Shown piece after piece: positions 63,340 through 64,000 of a stretch of DNA of 64,000 nt. Position 1 is the first letter of the stretch. Each line of letters begins with the position of its first letter. The translations under genes were made by a program, and so were the position numbers. The stretch comes from Macrostomum lignano (Eukaryota). The notes beneath the pieces are model-generated. The model was not told where the DNA came from, made no database searches, and was given only the letters and a program-made list of their open reading frames with translations. Where the stretch lies: the NCBI GenBank assembly GCA_002269645.1, contig NIVC01000128.1, positions 62,001 to 126,000 on the forward strand, written 5' to 3'.

Positions 63340-64000
63340 TAGCAAAGCGTAGTCTTATTAGTAATTAGGCTTAACAAGCAATGGGATATTTTCCAGGATG
63401 ATAGTACCAGGATGATAGTGAGAAAACTGCATTTATATGCCATCAGGGCCTGTATCAATTCTGTGTGACACCATTTAGTCTTAAAAATGTGCCTTTTTGG
63501 GCAGGTCATTACAAGAACATAATAAGAACCTTGCAAAAGTCCTCCAATTTCTTAAAGATCCTAACCTCCATTTAAAGCTTAGCAAATGTCTCTTTGCTTC
63601 AAAATCTATCAAGATACTCTGGTTATAAAATCACTCCAAATGGTATTGTGGTCAACAAAAAAAGTACAAGTAATTTGTACTTGGCCTCAACCATGAACTA
63701 TAAAGGAAGTGCAAAGTTTTTTAGGCCTTGCATCATACTAGATCACAAATTCATACAAAACGTTTCCTCATTAGCTGAACCTTTGCGCCAACTGACTTTA
63801 AAGAACCAACATTTCACATGGATAGAAGAACAAGAATAGTGTTTTGAAAGCTTGAAGCAATGCTTGACCTCAGCACCAATCCTAGCCCTTCCTGAAACTA
63901 CAAGTAGTAGCAGTCCATTCATTCTTGATACAGATGCTAGTGGATTTGGCGTAGGTTGTGTTTGTTGCAGGTCCAAAATGGATACAAAAAAAGTAATTGC
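63340..64000 (+). mobile_element. Decayed Ty3/Gypsy RT-RNase H fragment (runs off the window end)
   Basis: DDSEKTAFICHQGLYQF, GYKITPNG, SLAEPLRQL, FESLKQCLTSAPILALP and FILDTDASGFGVG, interrupted by stops and frameshifts. Confidence 0.88.

Overview
Eukaryotic (metazoan) genomic DNA: GC-rich exons, GT-AG introns, AT-rich intergenic DNA and many mini/microsatellites. This resembles the flatworm Macrostomum, but the taxon is inference only. Genes supported by translation and splice-phase consistency: an intronless sphingomyelin-synthase-family gene (1-1077,+); a KSR/RAF-family pseudokinase with degenerate catalytic motifs (KSR3-like, minus strand, C-lobe missing from the window); a two-exon LicD/fukutin-family gene; a disrupted GALNT-like pseudogene; MOG1/RANGRF; a 16-exon villin/advillin (833 aa, one GC-AG intron); an H3.3-type histone with an AAVG motif; and CNOT9/RCD1. 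The rest is mobile and repetitive DNA: a Tc1/IS630-type element with 143-bp TIRs, two copies of a CATACATG-terminated TIR element, Mutator-like foldbacks/MITEs, decayed Ty3/Gypsy pol fragments, three tRNA-derived SINE copies and about 12 different tandem arrays, most of them intronic. No CRISPR, rRNA or intact tRNA genes were seen. All coordinates and gene models were derived by hand; no database searches were run.
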